The notes beneath the pieces are model-generated. The model was not told the DNA's origin and searched no databases. It worked only from the letters and a program-made list of their open reading frames with translations. This document shows, in pieces, positions 39,401-52,357 of a stretch of DNA of 64,000 nucleotides. Source of the stretch: Podarcis liolepis (taxonomy: Eukaryota); the NCBI GenBank assembly GCA_965112155.1, contig OZ218112.1. One strand, given 5' to 3'. Position numbers and translations under genes: made by a program. How positions within the stretch are numbered: position 1 is the first letter of the stretch; every line of letters begins with the position of its first letter.

Positions 39401-41969
39401 ATTATAAAGGTAAACCAAACAAATAGCTCACCTCTAAGCCAAGGTGGGGCAAGGCAAGAGGCCTGGGAAGAAAAAGTCTTTACCTGGCACCAGGCTATGA
39501 TTTCACCAGTGTTAGAAAGTGAGATATGAAAGCTAGGAGCTAAATGGCACCTTAACCTAGGTTACTGGTGCAACAGCAGAATGTCTAGGCACACTTCTTT
39601 TATAACAAGAATACAAAGCTGAAAATGAATGAACTGCAGCTAAAATCTTACATTCATTTTTCACATGGTCTAGTCCTCACCTGAAGACTGCAAAAAACAA
39701 AGCTATACCTCCCCTGCCTGCCCCCCTAATATTCTTATAAGGATCCCTTCTCCAGTTCTCCAAGAGTGCCTGGAAGCGGGGAAGCAGAAAAAGGTCCTCC
39801 TTTTGCCCCAGCAGCAGCAGCAGTTTTAATCTGAAATATTAGGCGCAGTACTGCTCCCAGAGCTCAGAAACTGCTCGCGCTAATGAAATTCCCTGTTGCA
39901 AAAATGCTCCTAGGACAATGGGAGTTTTGAGTGCTCGATTTCACTCACCACAGTGACTGTTCCCACCTCCCACAACTCCGGCCGGTGTGACAAGCTCAAG
40001 CCTTCCTCTCAGCTTTTGGGCTGCAGAGGATTCAGGCCACTGCTTTGATCAGAGTTAAGAAGCAAGCAGGATCAAGCCAATGGCACACCTAGCCCAGCAT
40101 CCTGTTATGACAGTGGCCAGCTAGATATCAATGAGAAGAAGCCCACAAGCAGGACCCCAGCACAAGAGCAATTGTCCCCACCTGCGCTCCCCAGCAACTG
40201 GGGTTCACCATAAGCACACTGCCTCTGACCAAGGAAGAGCGGCCCAGCCGTTGTGGATAGCAGCCGCTTACAGTCCCACCCATCTGTCTAATCCTCCTGT
40301 CAAGCCATCCAGGTTCACGGCCCTTACTGCATCTTGCGGAAGTCAACTCCAAAGTTTAGGGTCAGAGTTCTCATTCTCCTAGTTGGGTTACTTTCGCAGG
40401 TTGATGACGAGCCCCATCTGCCCCTCGCTTCCCTCCTCCTTGACCACTGCACTCACTATAGGTCTCTTCTGAAAAAAGTCGCTCTGAGCCTGGTTTTGGC
40501 CAGGGAGGGTGAGGTATAAATAAATGTGCATGTGCATATCTGAAACCTAATTGAAAGCTGAAATTTCACTGGCAACACAACTCTCAGCATCAAATTTTAC
40601 TGTTCAATATCCCCTAACTTTTCAGATAAGGAATTTCCACATTAAAATAAATAAAAACCAAAAGAGAATCCATCTTCCCTCTATTTCCTCACTCCTCCCA
40701 ATTTACTTCACCCTGCTGTGATTTTTTTTGGTCTTGATTTATTTTACTGCATTTATATGCCCCCTGTGCTCCCCACTTCTCATTTAAGCCTCACAACAAC
40801 CTTGTGAGGTATGTTAAGCTGAGAGGCAATGGTTGGCCCAATGTCATTCAATAAGCTTCATTAGGTGCGGCACTCTAACCACCGGGCCACACTGTCCCTG
40901 CTCTCACTGGGTGGGCAAAGTATTTCTATGCAATGGTTCTGAAAGATTAAGAATGCACTGACACATTCAGGGGGCACTTCAGAATACACAAGATTAGGGA
41001 ATGTGTCTGAATGCTCTCTGGAGACACACACACACACTTCCCTGTACCTGGAAAGCCAGCACACTGCTAACAGGCTACTTTTCCACTAGCAACGGGAACT
41101 TAAATAAATAGAATTCTGGAAGTGAGGACACTTAAGTCAGGGGGCTCCTTTCTTGTCCACAGAGTGAAGTAAGTATGGACCAGGAAGATTTCACCACACA
41201 GTTCTTCTGCATCTCTGAAGCACCAGCATAGCAAAGGCATGGGAGGATCAGGACTCTCTGCATGCTGCAAAGGAGAGGCTCCAGGAATACAATCTGGATC
41301 CACCCAGGCCTTTCATGAATTTCTATAAATACCAAGGTAGTTGCAGGAATTTGCTAAGTCAAAACCATGTGAGAAGAAGCAGAGGAACAGAGCCCGCCCA
41401 CCCACTGTGCAACTGTGCTATAAGCAGCCTGCTCTACAGCTTTCTCGCCACCTGAGGTGCTCCAGATGTTGACACACCCCAAAGCCCATCATTCTCTGAC
41501 CATCAGCCATGATGGTCAAGACAGAGCAGAGGGGGCAAAGGATTGCGTTTTGGTGCTTCCAGAGCAATGTGCAAAAGGGCAAACTTACACATTAACCCTG
41601 CATTGAGGCGTGCAAACTCCAGGTGCAGAAACAGCTGTGCCTGACTCTGACCTCACAGGCAGGACATTCCGCAGTTCTACCCCTCCTCCCCAAACTCCTC
41701 AAGCTGCTAGCTATTATGGATTCCAAAGGTTTGAGGAGGGAGAAGAAAAATCATCAATGCAATCTCAAGTATCTGGGCAAGATCTTTCAAGATCCCTTTT
41801 TGCAACCCATAATTTACAGAGGGTTTTAGGAATGCTGAAAGCTCTTTGCGTGTAAAAGCTCAGGTAATAAAAATTGTGAGAAAACCTGAAGCTGTAGCTT
41901 TAATTTTTCAGGGTTCCCTCTCCATTTTGTTTCAGAAAATATTAGGGGTGGAAGGCCTTGACATATCTA

Positions 41970-42450
41970 TGCAGACCCAGTGAGCAATTTGGCCGCTGAA
42001 TTCTGCACTAGCTGAAGTTTCCAAACTGTCTTCAGAGGCAGCCCCATGTATAACGAATTGCAGTAATCTAGCCTACAGGTTACCAGAGCATAAACAAAAG
42101 AAGTTAGGCGATTCCTGTCCAGACAAGGGCACAGCTGGGCCACCAGCCAAAGCTGACAGAAGGAATTCCATGCCACAGAGTCCACCTCAAGTGACAGCAA
42201 AGGATCCAGGAGTACCCCCAAGCTACAGACCTGCTCCTTCAGAGGAAGTGTAACCCCATCAAGAGCAGGCAACCTCCCAGCCATTCGGTCCATTACCAAG
42301 GCAAGACAACGGTCCAGCACACCCACTGCCTCACCCTGCAGATGTAAAAAAGGAGAGCTCTGTGCCATCCGTATATTGCTGACAACATACTCCAAAACTC
42401 CGGATGACCCCACTCAGCAGTTTCACATAGATGTTAAACAGCACAGGGGA
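41970..42450 (-). mobile_element. L2 LINE RT-region fragment
   Basis: ORF 41967..42413: LGVLLDPLLS...ALVTCRLDYCNSLYMGLPLKTVWKLQLVQNSAAKLLTG. Confidence 0.85.
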
Positions 42451-45400
42451 TAAAACGGAATGCTGAGGAACCCCACGTTGACGGCTCCCTTAAACCCTGG
42501 AGAGCCGCTGCCAGTCAGTGCAGACAGTAGTGTGGTAGATGGAACAATTGGTCTGAACTTGGCATTAGGCAGCTTCCTATGTTCCTCTATATCAGACATA
42601 TGTAGATATGCTCTCAAACCTTCTGTTGCTTTAAGAAAGGCCCCCACCCCCAGTTATGTACTTCTCAGGGCAAAGCAGATCTTCGGTTTGAGGCCAGTTA
42701 TGGTTTTCCAGGAAGCTTCCATCTGCTGTGTATTTACACAACAGAAGGGAGTAGGAAAGAACTGGCAGAGAGTGAGGAATTGAGAACGATCTGAAGAAAA
42801 GAAGGCGGGGGTGGGAGGCAAAGAAGTAGGAGAGAGGTTAAGGCATCAACCTCCAAAAAGAAGAATCCATGTGCTGGCTTTTAAGCAATCTGAGCCATTT
42901 GAACACAGAAGCTGCAGCCTCAAGGGCCAAACGTCCTTCTTGAGAACATTCTGAGGACCACGGTGGCGTGTGGAGCAATGGGTGTATGCTCCCAACTGCT
43001 CCAGGTTTTTTTCCGGGAGCCAAATTAAGGTCCTGTTGTTTCACCTTCAAAATCCCTAAATTATAATTGGGGTTGGGGGCCAAGCACACAGCCCAATCAC
43101 TCTCACATCAGTTCTCCCTTTGCACAGCTGGAAGCAAAATAGGAAGGGAGTGTCTTTGCATTACATCTGAACTCAGGATTATGGTTCGTTTCTCCGTGAT
43201 AAGCCAAGATCACCAGTCAGCTTGATGTTGGCTTATGAATCTTGTTTTGTTCGGGGGGAAACAGACTACAATCCCATCATGCTAAACCAGCCTTCCCCGA
43301 CTTGGGGATGTTGGTAGACCAAAACTCCCATCGTCCCTGAGCACTGGGAATGCTGCACTGGGCTAGATGAGCTCAAGCCCAACACCTGCAAGGTGGGAGG
43401 TTGTGTTAAGCTACCTCCTTCGTGGTTTGTTTACCCGAATGCATAAACCTGAAAGAACTGGGCTGAGAGAACAAGTTTAGATTACTTGAGGAAGGGCATC
43501 TGCTTCACATGCAAGTTCAACCTCCAGCATCTCCAAGTATGTCTCAGAATGTCCCACCTGTGGAACCCTGGAGAGCTGCTGCCAGTCAGTGCAGAGAATG
43601 CTGAGCTAGATGGACCAATGGTCTGATTCATTTTAACAGAGCTTCCTATGTTCCTGGCTTATAGCTACGCAGCCACTGAGGCCAGGAAGCCACATGTCTT
43701 TTGCCATTTAAATTGTTAGGAGCACGTGACTGTGGGGTGAGGCCCTCTCATCTGTGGCACCCAGGATATGGGTGCCCTTGCCCTAGAAGCCTCAACTGGC
43801 CTTCTTCCTTTTGAACATTATCACATCAGGCCAAAACAGTACTTTCTAAAAGGATCCTCTGCGATTAGATTTGGACTTGGCTGCTGATGCAGTATCGCTG
43901 CTGCTCCTCACGATTTGGCAGCCTGGAAATCAAACAGCTACTTTTGTCTTGTTGGCATTTCATGGCGGTTCTTGGCTGCCCTGAGGCTCCCGGTCAGGAT
44001 CCAAGTATCTAAGTGATGGAATGGACTGCAGAATGCAGATAACTATTAGCTGCTGGAGATGCGGCTTCCTGCTGACCAAATATTGCCATTTATTTATTGC
44101 ATTGCATTTTTATCCCACCTTTCGATACAAGGAGCTCGAGGTAGCATCCCCTTGTCATCTTCACAGCTACCCTGTGAAGTGGGTTAGGCTGAGAGGCAGC
44201 GATTGGCCCAAGGTGCCCCAGGGAGCTTCATGGATGAGTGAGGATTTGAACTCTGGACCCACTGGTTCTCTCTTTGTTTCGAGTCCAGAGTTTCTTTTTA
44301 AAAAAGAAAGCCATACAAAGTAAGTAAACTGTCAGCTTGCTGCCTTGCAAAAGAACTGTAAACACAAATTCACAGAACAAATTATGACATACTATGAACT
44401 CTACTCCTTTTTCCTGAAAAAGCCCTTCTAAATTATTGTGCAAAAAAAAAAAAAAAAAAAAAGCTTTCGGCGGGGAAAAACGGGGAAATGACGACACTCC
44501 AAAATGCCTACAATTAAAGACAAGGCAAATGAAACACGGAAAATATAACAGCTGGCTGAGCAAAACCGTAAAATTGAGAGATTTAAAACAAAACTTGAAA
44601 GGAAAGGGTGCAAAAAGTTTACAAGCATTTTTTTTAAAAAAAAAAGCGAAAACCACCACCAACATTAAAGTTTCTGAACTTTCGGGAATCTACAGATTTT
44701 TGTTTTAATATATATATTTGTGTTTTTTTTCAAAAAGAAAACTTGTTTTAAAAAGAAAGGCAGAAGCAGCAGTATAAACTGGGACTTAGGTCTTGAAGTT
44801 TCTTATAGCTAGGTGTAAAGAAAGGAGGTTGCAAATTCATAAAGGATAGTCAACTGAGAGCACTTACAATACACAACTGAAGCTACATGGTAAGAGGTAA
44901 TATACCTCTAAGAATTCAATGCTGGAGTCAAGCAGTAGGGGTTGCAATCACTCTGTATTCCCTGCTCATGAGTTTCCCATAGGCATCCATTATACACACA
45001 CATACCAAGAACAAGGTAGGGCTGTTTGCCTTTATCCACATTCTCAAGTTACGATAAACTTGGGTTGCTCATGCCCACAGCTCAGTCACTCCCATGTCAT
45101 TCCTCCCCTGTCACAAACAGGGTAGCTCGATCTGCAAGTGCTTGGGATTAAATCTGTGATCTCCTGCATGCAAAGCATGTTCTCCGGGAGCACTAAGCTA
45201 AGGCACGAGAACAATACTATACACTTAAGCCATTTCCACTGCAGGGAAACAAGTATTACACGAGGATTTGCAATGCACAAGACTTCAGTCTCTGATAGCC
45301 CAGGAGGTTGCAACAGCAATGCACCATCCCAGCAGGTGGTCAGGAAAAGTTGCACCAAAGGACCGCTTCCAAGAAACAATTCCCTGTTTTAAAAGTGGTA

Positions 45401-47989
45401 CAAGGTAAGCTCTAAAAACATCCAGGACACTTCCAATTTGACCTTGTAACATCACCTTTCTAAGCCAACTCTTTTCTACCAAAGGAGGAAAAAAAGAAAT
45501 CCTTTTCTCAAATTAGTTGGTAGGCGGTTCTACCCAAATACACATTTGGAAACAGGTTGCAATGAGAGATCTTGATGCAGAATACCACCACCACCAATCC
45601 ATGCATATCTGAAATGTGTTATTTCTAAAGATGGATCAGAGGCTGACCTGTAAGGGCCCCGCAGGATCAGAAGTGTTTGACAAGTCCAATGTACTATTTC
45701 CAATAGGGGACAGCCTGTTAAGGACACAAGCTGCAGACAAACCTAAATGCCCCACTGTCAGCAATTACAGTTAAATAAACCTCTAGTTACAGAAGCAATC
45801 TATTTGTATGTACCAGGTAAAAGCAAGAGAGGGACAGTGCACCGCCTATGAGCAACCTGGGGCACCTCGCTGGGCACAGAAGAGTGGGCTGGATGGGTGC
45901 AGACAGATGACTTTAGGCTCTGGACTAGACAGACTCTTTAGATCAGGCTTCACCACCCAGATGCCCTCTGTATAACTCCTATCAGCCCCAAGCCACAAAG
46001 CCATGGTCTCTGCGGCTGAAGGAAGGTGTAGTCCAAAGCGCATGGGGGGGGGGCATCAGGTTGGCCAAGGCTGCCCTATCACCACCCCTGCCTATCAGCT
46101 CAGACTCAATAGGCCCACCCAGTCCAACACTCCCTATCCCAGGGCAAGGTACCCCAGGGTTTATTGCCTCCCAGCATGCAGGTTGCAGATAACCATTCAT
46201 ATTAACAGTCAGCAACAGACATCTCCTCCTCCTCCAAAAACTTGCCCATTACCATCTGAGAAGCCTGGTCAGTTGTATGCTGAACACATCAAGATTCCGG
46301 AGAAGAAAAGAAAGTTCTTCTTTATGCAGCGTATAGCTAAAATACAGAGCTCTCTCTCGCAGAAGGCAGAGGTGGCCACACACTTGGGACTGCTTTAGAA
46401 GACAATTAGGAAAATTCATAGGTGATTAGGTTATCAGTGGCCAGGCAGCAACACTTCTGAGTATCAGTTGCTGGAAACTGCAGGAATGTGCACTGCTCTA
46501 GTGCTCGGGTCCTGCTTCTGGGAGTTTCCGAGAAGCATCTTGCTGGCAGCTGTCGAGAGCAGGCTGCTGCATCAGCTGGGCCATGGGCCTGATCCAGCAG
46601 CGTTCTTATTATGTTCTTAAGGCACGTTGGCTCTGCACAGCTCCAGTGCCGGAGGCAGTTTTGCCTCTGAATCCTAGTAGCTGAGATTCACCAGTGAGGA
46701 GCGTGCTGTTGCACACACAATCCTGCTTGCAACCATCCTGGGGGCATGTGGCAAACCACTGTGAGAAGAGGACCTGATCCAGCAAGGGCTCTTCTTGTTT
46801 TCAGTTCTTAAGCAGCAGAAACAGGCTGAAGCCCTTCAAACAGCACGTGGCAAAAAATCGCATTTCGGAATGCCATTAAAACTCCCTGCTGATAGAAACC
46901 TAGAATCCTGAGCTGCACTGCAACCTTTCACCCTGATGAGCTAATCTTCTATTTGCAGAGCACTGCTTTTCTCTCCCCCCACCCCCTTAATGCAGGGGTT
47001 CAGTCAAATCTGTATTCCCCCGTGTAGTGTGAGGATACACAGTCTCATGGAATGATATAGAGTTTTAGAGTTGGAAGGGACCCTGAGGATCATCTAGTCC
47101 AACCCCCTGAAATGCAGGAATATGCAGCCGTCCCATACAGGGACCTTGGCGTTATCAGCACCATGCTCTAACCAACTGAGTTGTCTCCTGGGCTGAGCTA
47201 TTCTCCCAACCCAGTGTGGTCACAGCGCTGCGTCAAGGACGCAGGTTCAAATCCATTCTCAGCCATGTAGCCCAATGGGTAGCCTTGGGCTGTTTTGAAG
47301 TCTCTCAGCCTGGGCTGCTTCACAGGGCTGATCTGAGGCTAAAATGGGGGTGTGGAAATCCTCAGAGGGAAGGTGGGATATACAAACGCCACAATAAATA
47401 TATTGCAGCTGTGAAGTGTGGGCCTCAACCTTAGGCAGTGGTCATCACCAGTGCAGTGGTTAGAGTCCTTGGCCAGAGCCCAGGAGACCAGGGTTCAAAT
47501 CTCCACTCTGCCATGAAGCTTACTGGGTGACCTTGGAGTCAGTCACTCACTCTCAGTCTGCCCTACCCCACAGGGCTGTTGTGGGGAGAAACACCTTGAA
47601 GGGAAGGTGGAATATAAATGTAAAAACTAACTAAACGAATCTTGGGGCTGGGAATTAGTTCATCCTCCAGCTTGTCCTGAATCTGCTCCCCATTCCTTGG
47701 CTGACCCCTTCTTCCCATGCCTTCTTGAGTTCTATTGCCAAGAGGAAAGGAGAAAGGTGTTCCCAACCCACAAAATCCCCCGCATCCTTTTAAAAAAATA
47801 AAAGGGGAAGCCCTAGGGATTCAAAGCCAATCTGCAAATCCTCTGCATGTGCTTCCCCTACTTAGAAAGAACAAAAGGATGAAAAGTGATCAAAGCGGCC
47901 AATCAAACGCCATCTTTCCACCCACCCTTTGTGCAACGGGTACCCTGGGGAGACGGTTCCTTTACCTGTGAGTCTCAGCCAACTTGCTG

Positions 47990-49460
47990 AGCTTTATAAA
48001 TAACACTCGGGAAGCAGCAGTGTGGCGGCGGCGGCGGCAGATTGCGAAAACAACACGGTGGCTAGATTGAAGGTGCGGGGAGGGGGGAGTTGATGCTTTA
48101 GGCGTTGGGATAGTCGTGAGAACGGATGACTTCGCTTGGGTGCACTTGGGGAACTAGAGGGGAGCAAAAGACCGGTCACCCCAACCCCCATCATTCCGCA
48201 AGCATCTGCAGGCGTGCAAGCATTCGGGCACACAGCGGGGAGGGGAAGAACTGAGCATCCATCTCGTACGGACCTCCCCACCCACCTCCAAAATTAGGGT
48301 GGCACAGAGGTACTTACGAAGCGATTGATCTGCCTGCGAAGCATAGCTGGACTGCCGCAGCGCCTTGGAGAGAGGGGGGCAGTGGGGTGGTAGTGGGGTA
48401 GTCCTGGTCTCTTAGAGCCGACTGGCACAAGCACTCAGCCCCTCTGCACGGGTCCCCAAGCCTCGGGGTCAGTGGGGACGCTGCGGCGAGCGGAGAGGCG
48501 CCCCCAGCCCCCGCTCGCCGTCCCCCCAGCCCCGCGGTCACCGGCGCGCCGCTCTGCCGCTCAGCCGCATCGCTCCTCTTCCAGTCGTGGCACCAACCGC
48601 AGCAACAGCCCACGGCGGGGCTCTCCCTCTCTTCCTCCCAGAGAACAGCCCCAGATATGGGGGCGAGTCCCTAGCTTCGCCAACACTCTTCGGCTCTGTC
48701 AGGCTGGCCGGAGGCAAGATCTGGGCAGCATGCCGCGCTTTGGTGATAATAATAATAAAAAGGAGGCTGCAGGGGAACAATAGCCAAGGCAGGCAGGCCG
48801 GCTGCCAGGAAGGGGGAAGCTGCGGCGGGAAACCCAGACTGCTGGATGCAACCTCCTCTTCCCCTGCAGCGGAGGCGGAGGCAGCAACAGTCCTCCCCGC
48901 CCCCGAGGCCCGAGAGCGGCGGGAGACCGAAAAACCGAGGCGCAGCGCTACGCTCACGACTTCTCCAAGCGCAGAGCGCTCCCCGCGCGCCCGCCTCTCC
49001 AAAGCGCACGTGGCACGCTGCCTCGCCGATGCCCGCGGAGACCCAAACCACCAGCCCAGCGGCCCTTCCTGCTTCCCTGCCCCGCCACGGGCTACTTTCT
49101 GGCTTTCGCCTGGAGGCTCCACTTCTTCTATTTCTCCTCCCACCCCTCCGCCCCGCTCTGTTTTCGCAGCCGCCCCAGGGGCGGAACCTTCGGCTTCTCT
49201 CCACCCATTGGGTTCCGAGAGCAGCTTGGGAGGTGTAGTATATTTGCCCGATGTCCGGGATGGTAGGAGAAGGGAGAGCGAGGCTAGCGAGCGCCGGCCT
49301 GTTGCTCCTCCTCGTCCTCGGCCCGCCGCAATAAGGGGAAGTTGGCTTGGAGGTTGGCTAGGCCTCTCGGGCGCACCCCAAACAGAACGTGACGGGCGAG
49401 TCACCGTTGCGCCCAACTCTGCAGCAGACTGACGGGCCGTGAGCTCGCTAGCATTTCAGA
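47990..49460 (-). promoter_or_regulatory. CpG island: promoter, 5' UTR and first exon of ATP11C
   Basis: Abrupt rise in GC and CpG density relative to the rest of the window, overlapping the ATG exon. Contains a CACGTG E-box near 49006 and GC-box-like GGGCGG motifs. The exact TSS cannot be determined. Confidence 0.85.
48318..48344 (-). CDS. ATP11C: ATP11C coding exon 1 (MLRRQINRF)
   Basis: Minus strand reads ATG CTT CGC AGG CAG ATC AAT CGC TTC followed by a consensus GTAAGT donor (48317-48312). It lies in the CpG island, resembles the MFRR(S/T)LNR(F/L) N-terminus of mammalian ATP11C and is in phase 0 with exon 2. Too short for the ORF track. Confidence 0.9.
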
Positions 49461-50223
49461 CAGGGAACATACCCAGCCCTATCTAGAGGAGCCTAGGATC
49501 TTCTGATTGCAAAGCAATAAGCGACCGCCTTTTTATTGCTGCTGAGGCGCAAATTGGTATGGTTTCGCCTCCGAACTCACTGAATCAACTTTTAAGAGTT
49601 TCTGCACCTTTTCCTGCGAACGGAGTGACTTGTTTTTAACGGGCTTAGGCATGCACATCAAAAGCACAAATATATTTCCTTGCAAAAAGGATGGCAGTTT
49701 GATCTCTGCCTAATGGCACCATCAAAATGAATGCTATTAAAATACACAGTATCCCTTTATTTAATTGTTGCATTTATGTTCTACATTTCCTCCAAGGAAC
49801 CCAATACAGCATACATACACTGTGTGTTTATTAAATTTGTATACCGCTTAATAAGTTTCATGATTCTCTCATGGGTTTTTGTGTGTGTCTGTGTGTGAAT
49901 GTCTTTAAAAATACACATCATTGCCTTTATTTAACTGTTGCATACCTATTCCGCCTTTCTACCAAAGAACCCTAACGAAACGAAATTACCTAAGTGGTGA
50001 ACAACATCAGAGTAACATATAAAACAACATACAATTCAGAACTACACCAGGTGGTCATGCTTTGGGGGGAGCTTGAATTTCAGAAGTTGCACAGTCCCTC
50101 CAACCTGTGCCGCCACACTGCATTTTAACCATGCAATACCATAGTGGAGGGAGGCGATCAGGGGGGAGTCAACCATGTCAGAGTGAAGGTTTGAACTTGT
50201 GTCTCGCCAACCCAGAGAGGGCG

Positions 50224-50470
50224 GACACGGAGCAATGGATCCAAACTACAAGAAAGAAGATTCCACCTAAACATTAGGAAGAACTTCCTGACAGTAAGAG
50301 CTGTTCGACAGTGGAATTTGCTGCCCAGGAGTGTGGTGGAGTCTCCTTCTTTGGAGGTCTTTAAGCAGAGGCTTGACAACCATATGTCAGGAGTGCTCTG
50401 ATGGTGTTTCCTGCTTGGCAGGGGGTTGGACTCGATGGCCCTTGTGGTCTATTCCAACTCTATGATTCTA
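50224..50470 (+). mobile_element. CR1 LINE 3' end
   Basis: Encodes RFHLNIRKNFLTVRAVRQWNLLPRSVVESPSLEVFKQRLD and ends ...ccaactctatgattcta. Confidence 0.9.
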
Positions 50471-50903
50471 ACCCTACAATGAGACTTTTAGTTTCGAAAG
50501 TATTTAAGGATCGGCCTTGCTAAAACTCGCATATAAGCATGCTCAGTTTGCCGGGATAAAGAGCCACCAACCCACCAGATGTTGCGCTCCCTACTCCCAT
50601 ACTAGTGACCATGCTGGCTGGGACTCATGGGACGTTGAGTCGGAACAAAATCTGGAGGGGTGCAGGCTCCCCAGCCCTACAGTAAAGTGTCACACCAACA
50701 GAAACATAGCTCCTGCCATTCCTCGCAGCATAAATTCCTGTAGCACATGTTCCCCATTTCTGCTTCAGGAACCCAGGAAGAGAGAGTGCTTTCTGGTCCT
50801 GCTTGCAGTCTTCCCATTCAGGCACCTGACTGGCCACTGGGAGAATAGGATGTTGGATCGGATGGGCCATTGGTCTGATCCAGCTGTGCTCATGTTCTTA
50901 ATA

Positions 50904-52092
50904 CAGTGGTGCCTCGCAAGACGAAATTAATTCATTCCACGAGTTTTGTCGTCTTGCAATTTTTTTTGTCTTGCGAAGCACAGTGTCGGAAAAGTTTTGG
51001 AAAAGCTTCAAAAATCACCAAAGTCTTCAAAAACCTCAAAAAAGGCTACCACACCGCGTGCTATGAGTTGCTTCTCAAAGTCAAGTCGCAACTGTATTAA
51101 CGGTGTTAATAAATGTTGGAAATGTAAGGAAACTGAAGGTACGTTCTTTCACCTTTGGTGGACGTGCCCAAGGATTAAGGCTTTCTGGGAGATGATTTAT
51201 AATGAACTGAAAAGGGTATTTAAATATACCTTTCTGAAGAAACCAGAGGCCTTTCTCCTGGGCATGGTCGGCCAAATGGTGCCAAAGAAGGACAGAACTT
51301 TCTTTATGTATGCCACAACAGCAGCAAGAATACTTATTGCAAAGTATTGGAAGACACAGGATTTACCCACACTGGAAGAATGGCAGATGAAGGTGATGGA
51401 CTATATGGAACTGGCGGAAATGACTGGCAGAATCCGAGACCAGGGAGAAGAGTCGGTGGAAGAAGATTGGAAGAAATTTAAAGACTATCTACAGAAATAT
51501 TGTAAAATTGATGAATGTTAGAATGATGTTGGATAGAAATTAAGTGGTTTAAGCAGCAATGTTTTAAAGGTGTATGAAAAATGGATTAATAACAGGTGAG
51601 AACTCAAAGTTATATTATATTAAGTTAAAGGATTAAGATAAAAATAAAGAGGGAAAGAAACTGCTGAATTAACTAACTGAACTGGAATACAAAAAAGGGA
51701 GGTGTGAGGAGGTCAGGGAAGCAAGGATATGAATATATGATATGGAAAGATTGATGTGTTTTTTCTTCTTTTTTAAATGTTTTTTATCTTTTTCTGTATT
51801 TTGTATTTTTCTTTTTTCTTTTTTCTTTTATTTTTATTGTTGTCCTTTTGTCTAATTTTTTTACTTATGTAACTTTTTTTCCTTTGAAAACTTAATAAAT
51901 ATCATTTTTTTTTAAAAAAAAGCAACTGTATTAACGGTGTTAAGAAAAAGGAAACAAACTTGCAAGACGTTTCCGTCTTGCGAAGCAAGCCCATAGGGAA
52001 AATCGTCTTGCGAAGCAGCTCAAAAAACAAAAAACCCTTTCGTCTTGCGAGTTTTCCGTCTTGCGAGGCATTCGTCTTGCGAGGTACCACTG
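50904..52092. mobile_element. Tc1/mariner (Tigger/pogo-like) MITE interrupted by the L1
   Basis: TIRs cagtggtgcctcgcaagacgaa ... ttcgtcttgcgaggtaccactg, TA on both sides. Confidence 0.88.
51110..51921 (+). mobile_element. 5'-truncated L1 LINE (ORF2 C-terminus, 3' UTR, poly-A)
   Basis: Open frame to 51521 with the CCHC zinc knuckle CWKC-x8-HLWWTC, a T-rich 3' UTR, AATAAA at 51894-51899, an A tail and a 22-bp TSD (51088-51109, 51922-51943). Confidence 0.92.
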
Positions 52093-52256
52093 TACCAATC
52101 ACTGAGAATAACAAGTAGGGAGAGCGCTGTTGCATTCAGTCCTGCTTGTGGGTTTCTCACATCTGATTGGCCACTGTAAGTAACCAAACAAACCCGTGTT
52201 GCAAAGAGAACATCAGCAACGTCTAGGCAATGTCGTCTTATTTCGAATGAATGTAC

Positions 52257-52314
52257 GTAAATGAAAATATCAAATGCTGTGGAATGTTCCACAGCATTTG
52301 ATATTTTCATTTAC
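52257..52314. repeat. Perfect 28-bp inverted repeat with a 2-nt spacer
   Basis: gtaaatgaaaatatcaaatgctgtggaa-tg-ttccacagcatttgatattttcatttac. Confidence 0.95.
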
Positions 52315-52357
52315 AAACCAACCCATAAGATGGGTTTATGAAGCAATTCTATATCCT

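Noticed and set aside
47960-48120. Minus-strand donor-like site CAG|GTAAAG near 47965 as an alternative coding first exon
   Set aside because: The phase-0 frame has a TGA just upstream and exons 2-6 contain no in-frame Met. At most a non-coding exon, with no supporting evidence.
13136-48317. miR-505, hosted in mammalian ATP11C intron 1, or a nested protein-coding gene
   Set aside because: No match to the mature miRNA and no spliced coding signal was recognised by eye. A BLAST or Infernal search would be needed to exclude them fully.
48538-49432. Long overlapping ORFs of 292 aa (-) and 281 aa (+)
   Set aside because: Low-complexity Ala/Arg/Gly/Pro/Ser translations with non-ATG starts, as expected from a stop-poor CpG island. 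No recognisable domain.
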